Origin: Acidimicrobiales bacterium
GTDB taxonomy: Bacteria > Actinomycetota > Acidimicrobiia > Acidimicrobiales > JAUJNH01
Reading direction: 5' to 3'
Length of the DNA: 39,631 nt
Assembly: GCA_038199465.1 (NCBI GenBank)
Contig: JBBPYZ010000172.1
Location: 1 to 39,631, forward strand
Part shown: positions 17,626 to 25,526 of the stretch, one piece after another
Layout: every line of letters begins with the position of its first letter
How positions within the stretch are numbered: position 1 is the first letter of the stretch
Notes under the pieces: model-generated
What the model was told of the DNA's origin: nothing
What the model saw: only the letters and a program-made list of their open reading frames with translations
Database searches by the model: none
Position numbers and translations under genes: made by a program

Positions 17626-19104
17626 GTGCCCCGCAGGATCGACGTCGAGCTCACCAGTGCCAGGCAGGACGGCAGCTTCACCTGGCGGGCCGCCGGAGCC
17701 AAGCAGCCCAAGGGCGTGGTCGAGGGACCGTTGCTCTACGGCGGGGCGAAGGTGGGCGACGTCGTCCGGGCCGAGGCCGACTTCGACATCGAGGGCATCA
17801 CGATCGTGTCGGTCGTCCCTCCGCCCCACGCTGTCGCCCGCACCGAGCCCCCGCGGATCGATGTCGTCGGGACCACCCGGGATGAGGGGGGCGTCACCTC
17901 CTCGGCGCCGTCGCGTGGCCGCGACGGCGACCGCCCCCGGGCCCGGCCTGACCGTGGCGGACCCCGCAGCGACCGTGGCGAGCGTCCCGGCGCGCCCCGA
18001 GGCGGCGAGCGTCGCGGCCCCCGCCCGGAGGGCTCGGACCGGCCCGACCGGGGCAGCCGACCCGACCGCGGCGCCCGTCCCGAGCGCAGCACCGCCGAGC
18101 GCGGCGACCGAGCCGAGCGCGCCACCTCCGGCGACCGTCCCGGCCGCCCGCCCCGAGCGACGAGCGGCGAGCGGTCCCGGCCCAAGCGGCTCTCGCCCGG
18201 CAGCACCCATCGCGACGCCTACCTGGCCACCCTCGTCCCCGAGCAGCAGGTTGTGGCCGAGCTGCTGCTGCGCGGTGGGGTTCCTGCCGTGCGGGCTGCG
18301 GTGTCCCAGCAGAACCAGAGCCGGCCCGACGGGGCGCCGGTCATCGACGCCGACCCACTCGTGGGTCTGGCCGAGAGCCTGCTTCCGGCCGTGCGCCAGG
18401 CCGAGTGGCGCGACCGGGCCGAGGCGGCCAAGGCCACCCTCTCCGAGGTCGGCCTGCGCGACCTGCGGGCCATCGTCACCGCCGGCGACACCTCGGCGCG
18501 CGACGAAGAGTCGCGTGCCCTGGCCAGCGAGCTGCGTGAGGGCCTCGACAAGCGCACCACCGCCGACCGCGAGGCGTGGCTCACCGAGATGACCAGCTGC
18601 CTGGCCGACGGCAAGGTCGTCCGGGCCCTGCGCCTGTCCTCGCGGCCGCCCGACCCCAGCACCAAGGTGCCGGCCGAGGTGCTCGAGCAGCTGCGGGCCA
18701 AGGCCAGCGAGGCGCTGGGCCCTGAGACCCCCCAGGACCGCTGGGCGGCGCTGCTCGAGGCGGTCATCGCCTCTCCCGTCCGGCGCTCGGTCGAGCCTGT
18801 GGGGCTGCCGCCCCAGGCCGGACCGGCCCTCCAGCTCGCCGCCCGTCAGGCCTCCGGGCGCATCCCGGCGTTGGCCACGCTGCGCGGCGTCGACCTGCCG
18901 CCCCCGCCCGGCCTGCGCACCGCGGGCGGCAAGGCTGGCCTGTCCGCCCCGCCGCCGCCGCCCCCGGGCTCGACCCCCCCGCCGCCGCCGGCGGCGACTG
19001 CCGCCTCGACTGCCACCGCGGGCGCCGAAGCCGACCCCGCTGCCGGTGACCCCGCCCCCCCCGCCGACGACCCGGTCGAGGAGACCTCACCGGCCGACGC
19101 CTGA
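17626..19104 (+). CDS. Hypothetical protein with compact N-domain, R/G/D/P low-complexity tract and Pro-rich tail
   Basis: 492 aa with a GTG start. TACGCT box lies 8 nt upstream. Roughly aa 95-190 consist of DRGxRP-type repeats, and the C-terminus has PPPPPPG tracts. Confidence 0.75.
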   Translation: MPRRIDVELTSARQDGSFTWRAAGAKQPKGVVEGPLLYGGAKVGDVVRAEADFDIEGITIVSVVPPPHAVARTEPPRIDVVGTTRDEGGVTSSAPSRGRDGDRPRARPDRGGPRSDRGERPGAPRGGERRGPRPEGSDRPDRGSRPDRGARPERSTAERGDRAERATSGDRPGRPPRATSGERSRPKRLSPGSTHRDAYLATLVPEQQVVAELLLRGGVPAVRAAVSQQNQSRPDGAPVIDADPLVGLAESLLPAVRQAEWRDRAEAAKATLSEVGLRDLRAIVTAGDTSARDEESRALASELREGLDKRTTADREAWLTEMTSCLADGKVVRALRLSSRPPDPSTKVPAEVLEQLRAKASEALGPETPQDRWAALLEAVIASPVRRSVEPVGLPPQAGPALQLAARQASGRIPALATLRGVDLPPPPGLRTAGGKAGLSAPPPPPPGSTPPPPPAATAASTATAGAEADPAAGDPAPPADDPVEETSPADA

Positions 19105-19109
19105 GTGGG

Positions 19110-19580
19110 TCAGGGGCCCGGCCGGGGCTCCAGGTCGCGGTGCAGGACCAGGAGCCGGGCGGTGAGGCCGAAGGTCTCGAAGAAGTTCTTGGTCTCGCGG
19201 GCCCCAGGCAGGGCAAAGGCGTCGACGCCCGTGCACCCGACCTCTGCGGCCCAGGCCATGACGGCGTCGAGGATCGCCTCGCCCACGCCGACGGCTCGGG
19301 CCTGCGGGTCGACGTGCAGCTCCTCAATCACCGCGATCTCGCCGTCGGCGGACGCCAGGCCGTAGCCCACCGGCACGCCGTCGACGACCCCGGCCCACAG
19401 GCCGGTGGTCGGGTCGGAGGCGGCGTCGGCGAAGGCCTCCTCAAGCGGCTCGGGCCGGCAGTGGCGGGCCACGAGCAGCAGGCCACCCCGGTTACCGGCC
19501 TGCTCCCGGCGAGCCGAGCGGGCCAGGTCGACGAGCGTCGGCAGGTCACCGGGCTCCGCCGGCCGGGCGCCGACCTCCAC
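19110..19580 (-). CDS. GNAT family N-acetyltransferase
   Basis: Acetyl-CoA motif is HVDPQARAVGVGEAIL. The GTG start directly abuts the upstream TAG. Confidence 0.85.
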   Translation of the reverse strand: MEVGARPAEPGDLPTLVDLARSARREQAGNRGGLLLVARHCRPEPLEEAFADAASDPTTGLWAGVVDGVPVGYGLASADGEIAVIEELHVDPQARAVGVGEAILDAVMAWAAEVGCTGVDAFALPGARETKNFFETFGLTARLLVLHRDLEPRPGP

Positions 19581-20051
19581 CTACTGCAGCTGGGTGATCT
19601 TGGTGAGGACGGTCTTGCGCCCCCGCTTGGCGGCTTCGTAGGCCCGCACTTGCTCCAGCTCGGACGGGGCGAGGCCAGCCAGCCGCTGCACCACCTGGCT
19701 GGCCGACAGGGCGTCGTAGCCGGGGATGGCCAGGTCGGCTGCCGGCGGGGCCGGTGCCTGCGCCGGGGCCGGGGCTGCGGTCACAGGGCCCGGCTCGACC
19801 ACTGGCGCAGGCGCGGGCTCGGGCTCGGGGGCCGGCGAGAAGGCCTTCAGCCGCTTCTCGAACTCGACCTTGCCCTGCTTCACCGCGAACTGACCGATGA
19901 AGCGGGCCACCGTCACCTGGCCCTCGATCTGGGCCCGCCCCTTGGCCACCATGTCCGGCAGCTGGGTGCGGGCGGTCACGGCCAACCCCAGCGGCGCGTA
20001 CACGAGCAGGTCGAGGGCCTGCTCGAGCGGGCTCTTCTCGTCGGTCATCAA
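19581..20051 (-). CDS. Hypothetical protein with Pro/Ala linker and C-terminal helix-extended-helix-like module
   Basis: 156 aa. N-terminal LDLLVYAPLGLAVTA…, PAPEPEPAPAP linker, and C-terminal GYDALSASQVVQRLAGLAPSELEQVRAYE. Confidence 0.7.
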   Translation of the reverse strand: MMTDEKSPLEQALDLLVYAPLGLAVTARTQLPDMVAKGRAQIEGQVTVARFIGQFAVKQGKVEFEKRLKAFSPAPEPEPAPAPVVEPGPVTAAPAPAQAPAPPAADLAIPGYDALSASQVVQRLAGLAPSELEQVRAYEAAKRGRKTVLTKITQLQ

Positions 20052-20099
20052 CAGAGTCTGCTGCAGCCGGACCGGCGATGGCTACCTGGCCCGCTGGCG

Positions 20100-20657
20100 T
20101 CAGTCGCAGTCGCGGCAGTACATTCGCGTGTCGTCGGCGAGTTGGGTCGACTTTTTCACCAGGAAGCACGACTGGCAGACGAACTCGTCCTGCTGCTTGG
20201 GCAGGACCCGGGCCGCGCCATCGGTGCGGTCGTCGGGCTCGGGGGTCTCGTCCTCGTCCTCTTCGTCCTCCTGGACGACCAGCCGCTCCTTCAGGATCTC
20301 GTCGAGGCTGGCCTCGACGTCGTCGGGATCGGTGAGATCGTCGTCGTCGTCCTCCTCGTCGGCGGCGGCGGCGGGCGCCTTGACGACCGCGGTCTCCTCG
20401 ACGTCGTCGTCGTCGTCGTCGGCCACCTCGACGTCGCCATCGACCACGTCGTCGTCGCCATCGACCACGTCGTCGTCGTCGTCAGCGTCGTCAGCGGTGA
20501 CGTCGTCGACGGTCGCCTCGTCGTCGTCGTCGAGGTCGGCCTCGTCGAGCGTCTCGAGGTCGGCCTCGTCGATCTCCTCGGGCTCGGATTCGAGCAGGTC
20601 ATCCTCGTCTTCAGCAGGCAACCGATCCTCCGTCTTCCGGGCAGGCGGCGGGACCAT
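20100..20657 (-). CDS. DUF4193 family protein with expanded poly-acidic N-region
   Basis: The C-terminus, VLPKQQDEFVCQSCFLVKKSTQLADDTRMYCRDCD, is the DUF4193 zinc-ribbon end. I chose the ATG at 20657, but the start is uncertain. Confidence 0.8.
   Translation of the reverse strand: MVPPPARKTEDRLPAEDEDDLLESEPEEIDEADLETLDEADLDDDDEATVDDVTADDADDDDDVVDGDDDVVDGDVEVADDDDDDVEETAVVKAPAAAADEEDDDDDLTDPDDVEASLDEILKERLVVQEDEEDEDETPEPDDRTDGAARVLPKQQDEFVCQSCFLVKKSTQLADDTRMYCRDCD
20436..20477. repeat. Perfect tandem 2 x 21 bp (GCCATCGACCACGTCGTCGTC) inside (GTC)n-rich coding DNA
   Basis: Read directly. It encodes DDDVVDG twice on the minus strand. Confidence 0.9.
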
Positions 20658-20855
20658 ACACCGGCCCGCACGGGTGGATCGACGGTGGTGGTGGGGCCGC
20701 TTCGCCCGGGGCCGGGGTGTGACGGGGGCAGGCAGCCTTCGGGCCGTGGTTGCCGACGCCGGGAGCCCTTTGGGGGATGTCCGGTCGACTCGGGTCTGCA
20801 CGTTGTCTACTGGCCACCTGCCCCCACCGCCACGACGCCCCCTGTGCCTGCACCC

Positions 20856-20879
20856 GTGTCGAGCAACGCTGCTCGACAC
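20856..20879. other. 10-bp perfect stem / 4-nt loop hairpin (GTGTCGAGCA-ACGC-TGCTCGACAC) in a 420-bp non-coding gap
   Basis: Read directly. About 200 nt downstream of the thyX-like stop and 200 nt upstream of the DUF4193 start. Confidence 0.4.
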
Positions 20880-21038
20880 GCTTGCGGGCCCCACGACCGG
20901 GTTGGTGGGCGTCATCCGGCCAGCCCCTTTCTAGGTCATGGTCCCGGGCCGGTCAAGCGCCTGCGGAGGCCCTCGCACCCCCGTGACCTGGGCTTTCGCG
21001 CCGTGGGGGCGCGTCGGCGCAGGTCAGGGGGCAGAACT

Positions 21039-21052
21039 CGGGAACGTTCCCG
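21039..21052. other. 14-bp perfect palindrome CGGGAACGTTCCCG
   Basis: Read directly. 26 nt downstream of the thyX-like stop codon. Either a weak terminator stem or a protein-binding site. Confidence 0.35.
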
Positions 21053-21077
21053 CCGTCGCCATCTTCTCTGACGGTCG

Positions 21078-22694
21078 CTACAGGGCGGTGCGGCGAGCCT
21101 CGGCCCGACGCTCGCCCTCGAGCCGCTCCAGGCTGGAGGTGTCGTGATCGTCGTAGTCGACGAAGCACATCAGATCGGCCACCGCCCGGTGGCCGGCCTG
21201 CTCGGCGATGAGCCGGTGCATCTCCTGGCACACCCGGCGATAGGAGGGGTGGCCCTGAGGGCTGGTGCGCAGCTCGAGGAGGTGCATGGCCTCCCGGGCG
21301 TTCACCGTCATCGAGTAGCGGACCTTGAAGGCCAGGCACACGGCGTAGCCGGCCTGCTCGACCAGGCCGGCAGCCACCATGTCGTGGTGCAGGGCCCGGC
21401 TGCGCTCCATGGCCTCGGCGTAGCGGTCGCCACCGCCGGCCTCGGCCACCGCCGCCGGCAGGTCCCAGCCGTGCTCGGGACCGAGCCGCTGCCACTCGAT
21501 GGTGAGCATGCGGTGGCGCTGCAGGTCCCGGAAGGCGCCGTAGTCGGACAGCACGTCGAACCGGTAGGCGGTGCGCTCGAGGGCCCGGCCCGGCTTGAGG
21601 CGCCGGTTGCTGCGGTTGCCCCCGTAGGTGCGGACCACGTCCAGCTTCTCCTCCGGGCTGAGGCGGGCCACCCGGTCCTGGACCTGCGCCTCGGGCAGGT
21701 CGGTGTGGGGCCAGAGCATGGCCGCCACCAGCTTGTCCTCGCCGTCGGGGTCCCAGTCGACCAGGGTGACCCCGGGCGCCGGCTCCGGGTCCTCGTCGGC
21801 CAGCAGGGTGGCGGCGAGCGAGGCCATCGCGTCGCGGGTCTCCCCGAGGTAGGCGCTCCAGACCTGCCCGCGGTCCTCCCGGTCGACCCGGCTGAGGAAG
21901 CTGGGTATCACCTTGCGCAGCTCGACGAGCATCATGTCGGCGTACGTGCGGGCCTCGGGGAGGGGCGAGGCCCGCATGCGCAGGAGCAGCTGCTCGTAGC
22001 CCTGCCCTGTGCCGTAGATGCCGAGGTTCGACTGGGCGGCGGCGGGCAGCAGGCCCCGGATGGCGTCGAAGGCCTTGGCCTTCACCGAGGTGCGCCACAC
22101 GAAGTCGCTGTCGCCCGGCCCCTGGGGGTGGCGCTCGGCGAAGTACGAGAAGAGCAGCGGGTACAGCTCGGCGTAGGTGTCGAACAGGCGGTCCATGTCG
22201 CCCACATAGCGGGCGCCGAGCGCCGACTCGAGCACGTCCGGGCCCCGGTGGTAGCGGTAGCGGCCGTCGGCGCCCCGGGCGTCGTAGGCCATGTAGCGGG
22301 TGCTCTGCTCGAGGTAGGACATGAGCCGGCCCCACTCGAGGATCTTGGTCAGCAGGTTCGAGGCCTGCTCGCAGGCCAGGTGCACCCCGCCGAGCTGGGC
22401 CACCGAGTCGTCGCCGTACTCGAGGAAGACCCGCTCGTAGAGCTGCTCGGCCCGGTGAAGGCCGACGGTGGCGTCGATGGTCTCGTCGCCGGCGATGTCG
22501 AGCTCGCCCACGAACTCGTCGAGGAACAGCCGCCGAAGGCTCTTGGCGCTGCGGCTGTAGCGGGCAAACAGGGCCCCCTTCACCACCTCGGGCAGGTTCA
22601 CCAGGGCGAACACGGGCTGGTCGAGGTTGGTGACGTACCGCCGGAGGATGGCCGCCTCGCCGGCGGTGAACACCTCAGCCGGATACGGGGGCAC
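21078..22694 (-). CDS. Tandem-domain ThyX-like (FAD-dependent thymidylate synthase family) protein
   Basis: 538 aa with a GTG start. The C-half has RHR (nt 21510-21518) and …NAREAMHLLELRTSPQGHPSYRRV…. The N-half has WGRLMSYLEQSTRY (22293-22334), which resembles the RHR-x7-S-x-RY ThyX motif. Confidence 0.8.
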   Translation of the reverse strand: MPPYPAEVFTAGEAAILRRYVTNLDQPVFALVNLPEVVKGALFARYSRSAKSLRRLFLDEFVGELDIAGDETIDATVGLHRAEQLYERVFLEYGDDSVAQLGGVHLACEQASNLLTKILEWGRLMSYLEQSTRYMAYDARGADGRYRYHRGPDVLESALGARYVGDMDRLFDTYAELYPLLFSYFAERHPQGPGDSDFVWRTSVKAKAFDAIRGLLPAAAQSNLGIYGTGQGYEQLLLRMRASPLPEARTYADMMLVELRKVIPSFLSRVDREDRGQVWSAYLGETRDAMASLAATLLADEDPEPAPGVTLVDWDPDGEDKLVAAMLWPHTDLPEAQVQDRVARLSPEEKLDVVRTYGGNRSNRRLKPGRALERTAYRFDVLSDYGAFRDLQRHRMLTIEWQRLGPEHGWDLPAAVAEAGGGDRYAEAMERSRALHHDMVAAGLVEQAGYAVCLAFKVRYSMTVNAREAMHLLELRTSPQGHPSYRRVCQEMHRLIAEQAGHRAVADLMCFVDYDDHDTSSLERLEGERRAEARRTAL

Positions 22695-22773
22695 GTTCGA
22701 AGCGTAGATCTGCCTCCAAGCGGCACGGTGGACCCAGCCTCAACCCTCGCCGGCTCGCGGTGGCGGCCCAGAT

Positions 22774-23817
22774 CTACGACGAGAGTCCGGTGGCCGCCGC
22801 TTCGTTCCCATCCTCGTCCGCCGTCCGATGAGGTACGGGAACGCTCTCGGCCGGCGAGACCAGCCTCTTCGTCAGGTGACGTGGGTAGGTCGCCAACTCC
22901 TTGACGGTGCGGGCGACCTTCCAACCTGCTCCCGCGTAGATGGCGGCCAGCTCGGCCTGGCTCCTGCGAACGTTGTACTGCGCCGCCATCAGCTCACGAG
23001 GCTCATCAGGCTCGGGCCGCTCGAGGTCCTCGGTCGTCAGGGTGACCGGCCGCTTGCGCAACAACACCGAGCCTTGTCCATTCCGGCCGAGACGTCCGAA
23101 GCCATAGGGCCGCAGCTCGACCACCTCGAAGGCCCGACCCCAATGTGCCCTGATCCACCAGGGCGAGTGGTGCACGAATGGTCCGCCGCGGTCCCACCCT
23201 TGTCCGGGATTGATCATGTTCATGCCGACTCGGTCGTCGAGCCAGGGCTCAGCGTTGCGCCCATCCGGCACGCCCTCGCCCATGAAGGTGACGAGCAGCA
23301 AGCCGCTGTCGACCAGGACACGGTGCAACTCGAGGAGCCAAGCGCTCCACTGATCGGTGATGTGGGGGAACACCGAGACCGCCCAGATCAGATCGAAGGA
23401 TCCGTCCGGCTGATCGAGCGGCGGCACGTGACGGTTGCGGAATGCGTGCAAAGGAGGGCACAGCGCCTGCTGCATCCAGTCGACGCTTGGCTCGTGGATG
23501 TCGCATCCCCAGAACTCGGCAGATGCTGCTTCCGCTCGAAAGTGGCGGAGGACGCGTCCGGCCCCACAGCCGAAGTCAAGGACTCTCGTGCCCTCGAAGG
23601 ACCAGTCAGGAGGCAGGGCGTCGCGTATGGCCCGACTTATGTCCAGTCCGCGGATCACGTAGAAGTGGTCGGGTCGCCGGGCCCACCGAGGGCAGCCGAC
23701 CCGCCAGGCGAGCCGACGCGGTGGCACCGGAAGGCCGTCGTAGGCCAGGTAGACCGACTTGGGTTTGACGCCGCGGCGGACGTCCCAGGGGAGGATCGGG
23801 CGGCGTCCAACTCCCAC
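22774..23817 (-). CDS. Class I SAM-dependent methyltransferase with C-terminal extension of about 100 aa
   Basis: Motif I is VLDFGCGAGRVLRHF and motif II-like is FDLIWAVSVFPH. 347 aa. Confidence 0.8.
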   Translation of the reverse strand: MGVGRRPILPWDVRRGVKPKSVYLAYDGLPVPPRRLAWRVGCPRWARRPDHFYVIRGLDISRAIRDALPPDWSFEGTRVLDFGCGAGRVLRHFRAEAASAEFWGCDIHEPSVDWMQQALCPPLHAFRNRHVPPLDQPDGSFDLIWAVSVFPHITDQWSAWLLELHRVLVDSGLLLVTFMGEGVPDGRNAEPWLDDRVGMNMINPGQGWDRGGPFVHHSPWWIRAHWGRAFEVVELRPYGFGRLGRNGQGSVLLRKRPVTLTTEDLERPEPDEPRELMAAQYNVRRSQAELAAIYAGAGWKVARTVKELATYPRHLTKRLVSPAESVPVPHRTADEDGNEAAATGLSS

Positions 23818-23841
23818 TAGAGTCAGATTCTATCGCCGGCC

Positions 23842-24825
23842 TCAGTGGCGAAGGACGATCTTTCCCAGCTGGGCGCCGGCCTCGAGGCGGGCCAGGGCCT
23901 CGGGGAAGCGGTCGAGCGGCAGGGTGGAGTCGACCGGGACGGGCAGCCCGCCGGCCACCAGGGCCGTCACCTCGTCGAACTCGGCGTAGGAGCCCATGGT
24001 CGAGCCGATCAGCTCGTGCTGTCGGAAGAACAAGCGGGGCAGGCTCAGCTGGACGGTGGGCCCGGCGGTGCCGCCGCAGGTGACCAGCCGACCCCCCGGG
24101 GTGAGAGCCCGAAGGCTCTTGTCCCAGGTGGGCTGGCCCACGTTCTCGAGCACCACGTCGGCCTGCACCGGCCACCGGTCGTCGGCCGAGTCGTAGGCCT
24201 CGGCCGCACCCCGCTCCAGGGCCTGGGCCCGCTTGGCCGGATCGCGGCTGGTGACCACCACCCGGGCGCCCAGGTGGAGGCCGAGGAGCAGGCCGAAGCT
24301 GGAGACGCCCCCGCCGACGCCCACCACGAGCAGGGTCTCCCCGGCGGTCAGGTGGGCGCGGCGCAGCATGCGCCAGGCGGTGAGGCCGCACAGCCCGTAG
24401 GCCGCGCCCTCCTCCCAGCTGCGTCCTGGGGGGCGGGGCCGCACCTGGCGGGCCGGTACCACCACCAGCTCGGCATGGGCACCCCACCGGTGCTCGCCCA
24501 GGATCCCGAACGACCCGCACAGCGGCGACAGGCCGCCCAGGCACCGGGCGCACCGACCGCAGGCCAGCGCCGGGTTCAGCACGACCTCATCGCCCTCGGC
24601 AACCCCCAGGGCTCCGGGCCCCACGGCCTCGACCACGCCGGCCCCGTCGGCCCCGGGAACGTGCGGCAGGTGGGGCTTGGGCCGCCCCCGGGCCACCCAC
24701 AGGTCCATGTGGTTGATGGCCGAAGCGACCAGGCGCACCCGCACCTCGTCGGGCCCCGGCTCGGGGTCCTCGACGACGCCGAGGCGGTAGCGCCCCGGCG
24801 ACTCGTCCAGGATCCACGCCCGCAT
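23842..24825 (-). CDS. Zinc-type (MDR) alcohol dehydrogenase / quinone oxidoreductase
   Basis: ATG at 24825 (MRAWILDESPG…). GADGAGVVEAVG and Rossmann VVGVGGGVSSFG motifs. Confidence 0.9.
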   Translation of the reverse strand: MRAWILDESPGRYRLGVVEDPEPGPDEVRVRLVASAINHMDLWVARGRPKPHLPHVPGADGAGVVEAVGPGALGVAEGDEVVLNPALACGRCARCLGGLSPLCGSFGILGEHRWGAHAELVVVPARQVRPRPPGRSWEEGAAYGLCGLTAWRMLRRAHLTAGETLLVVGVGGGVSSFGLLLGLHLGARVVVTSRDPAKRAQALERGAAEAYDSADDRWPVQADVVLENVGQPTWDKSLRALTPGGRLVTCGGTAGPTVQLSLPRLFFRQHELIGSTMGSYAEFDEVTALVAGGLPVPVDSTLPLDRFPEALARLEAGAQLGKIVLRH

Positions 24826-24863
24826 GATCCGCCACCCTACGAGCGCGGAAGTCTGCAAACTGG

Positions 24864-24890
24864 CGCGCCAGAAGACCATGTTCTGGCGCG
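24864..24890 (-). terminator. 10-7-10 inverted repeat CGCGCCAGAA-N7-TTCTGGCGCG between two co-oriented genes
   Basis: Read directly. It lies 35 nt downstream of the stop at 24925 and 39 nt upstream of the ADH ATG. It could also be an operator (see findings). Confidence 0.45.
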
Positions 24891-24924
24891 GCTAGCTGGC
24901 GCGTCAGTCCCCCTGGACCGCTCC

Positions 24925-25515
24925 TCAGACGACGACTCGCAGCGCGTCGGGGACGCAGCGGAAGGCGAACGTGCGGCCGGTGCTGATCCGCTCGCCGTCG
25001 AGCCACACCCCGAGGGGCCGGTCGAGCTCGACGGCCTCGGCCTTCACCCGGCGGGCCACGATGGCGGGGTGGGGCAGGTGGCTGCCGGTGGCCAGGCGGG
25101 CGTGGACCTTGCGCAGGTCGCCGAGGGGCAGCCGAGCATCCAGCAGGTCGAGGCGGCCGTCGTTCGGGTGGCCCCGGGGCCACAGGTTCCAGTCCCCGAG
25201 CCACTGGGCGTTCCCGACCGCCAGGGTGCGGGACCACCACCGGTTGCGGACGATGCACGTGCTCACGAACAGGTGCAGGCGGCCGTCGACGAGGACCTGG
25301 CCCAGGTCGACCGGGAAGGCGATGTCGAGGGCGCCCGTGCCCCCGAGGGTGCGGGCCAGGTCACCGCTGGCCAGGCCGAGGACCGGGTAGGGGCGCCCCT
25401 GGCGGCGGGCGTCCTCGACGGCTTGGCGGGCCTCAGCGTCGCCAGCGCAGCGCACGCCGTCGGCCGGCAGGATGGCTCCCGGTTCGCCGTAGGCCGACCC
25501 CTTCGAGATGGTCAA
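24925..25515 (-). CDS. Hypothetical protein resembling the C-terminal part of DAGK/NAD-kinase-fold lipid kinases
   Basis: Good-looking peptide (…LGLASGDLARTLGG…GHPNDGRLDLL…VWLDGE…) but it has no in-frame ATG. TTG at 25515 is the earliest plausible start, with GTG alternatives downstream. Confidence 0.5.
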   Translation of the reverse strand: MTISKGSAYGEPGAILPADGVRCAGDAEARQAVEDARRQGRPYPVLGLASGDLARTLGGTGALDIAFPVDLGQVLVDGRLHLFVSTCIVRNRWWSRTLAVGNAQWLGDWNLWPRGHPNDGRLDLLDARLPLGDLRKVHARLATGSHLPHPAIVARRVKAEAVELDRPLGVWLDGERISTGRTFAFRCVPDALRVVV

Positions 25516-25526
25516 GGGCGGCGGCC

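Noticed and set aside
19140-21071. 643-aa plus-strand ORF. The same applies to the similar long ORFs 833..1825, 7618..8829, 8765..10213, 21144..22904, 23845..25761, 36573..38165 and 37601..39031.
   Set aside because: These are typical high-GC antisense or alternative-frame shadow ORFs. Their composition is dominated by G/R/P/A/H/V, they have no motifs, and each is fully overlapped by a motif-supported gene on the other strand or in another frame.
22704-22777. 9-bp inverted repeat GTAGATCTG … CAGATCTAC bracketing the ThyX-like/methyltransferase intergenic region
   Set aside because: The arms are 56 nt apart, and one arm overlaps the methyltransferase stop codon. It could be chance or a loose terminator. 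There is no evidence for a mobile-element boundary, since both arms are on the same side of each gene.
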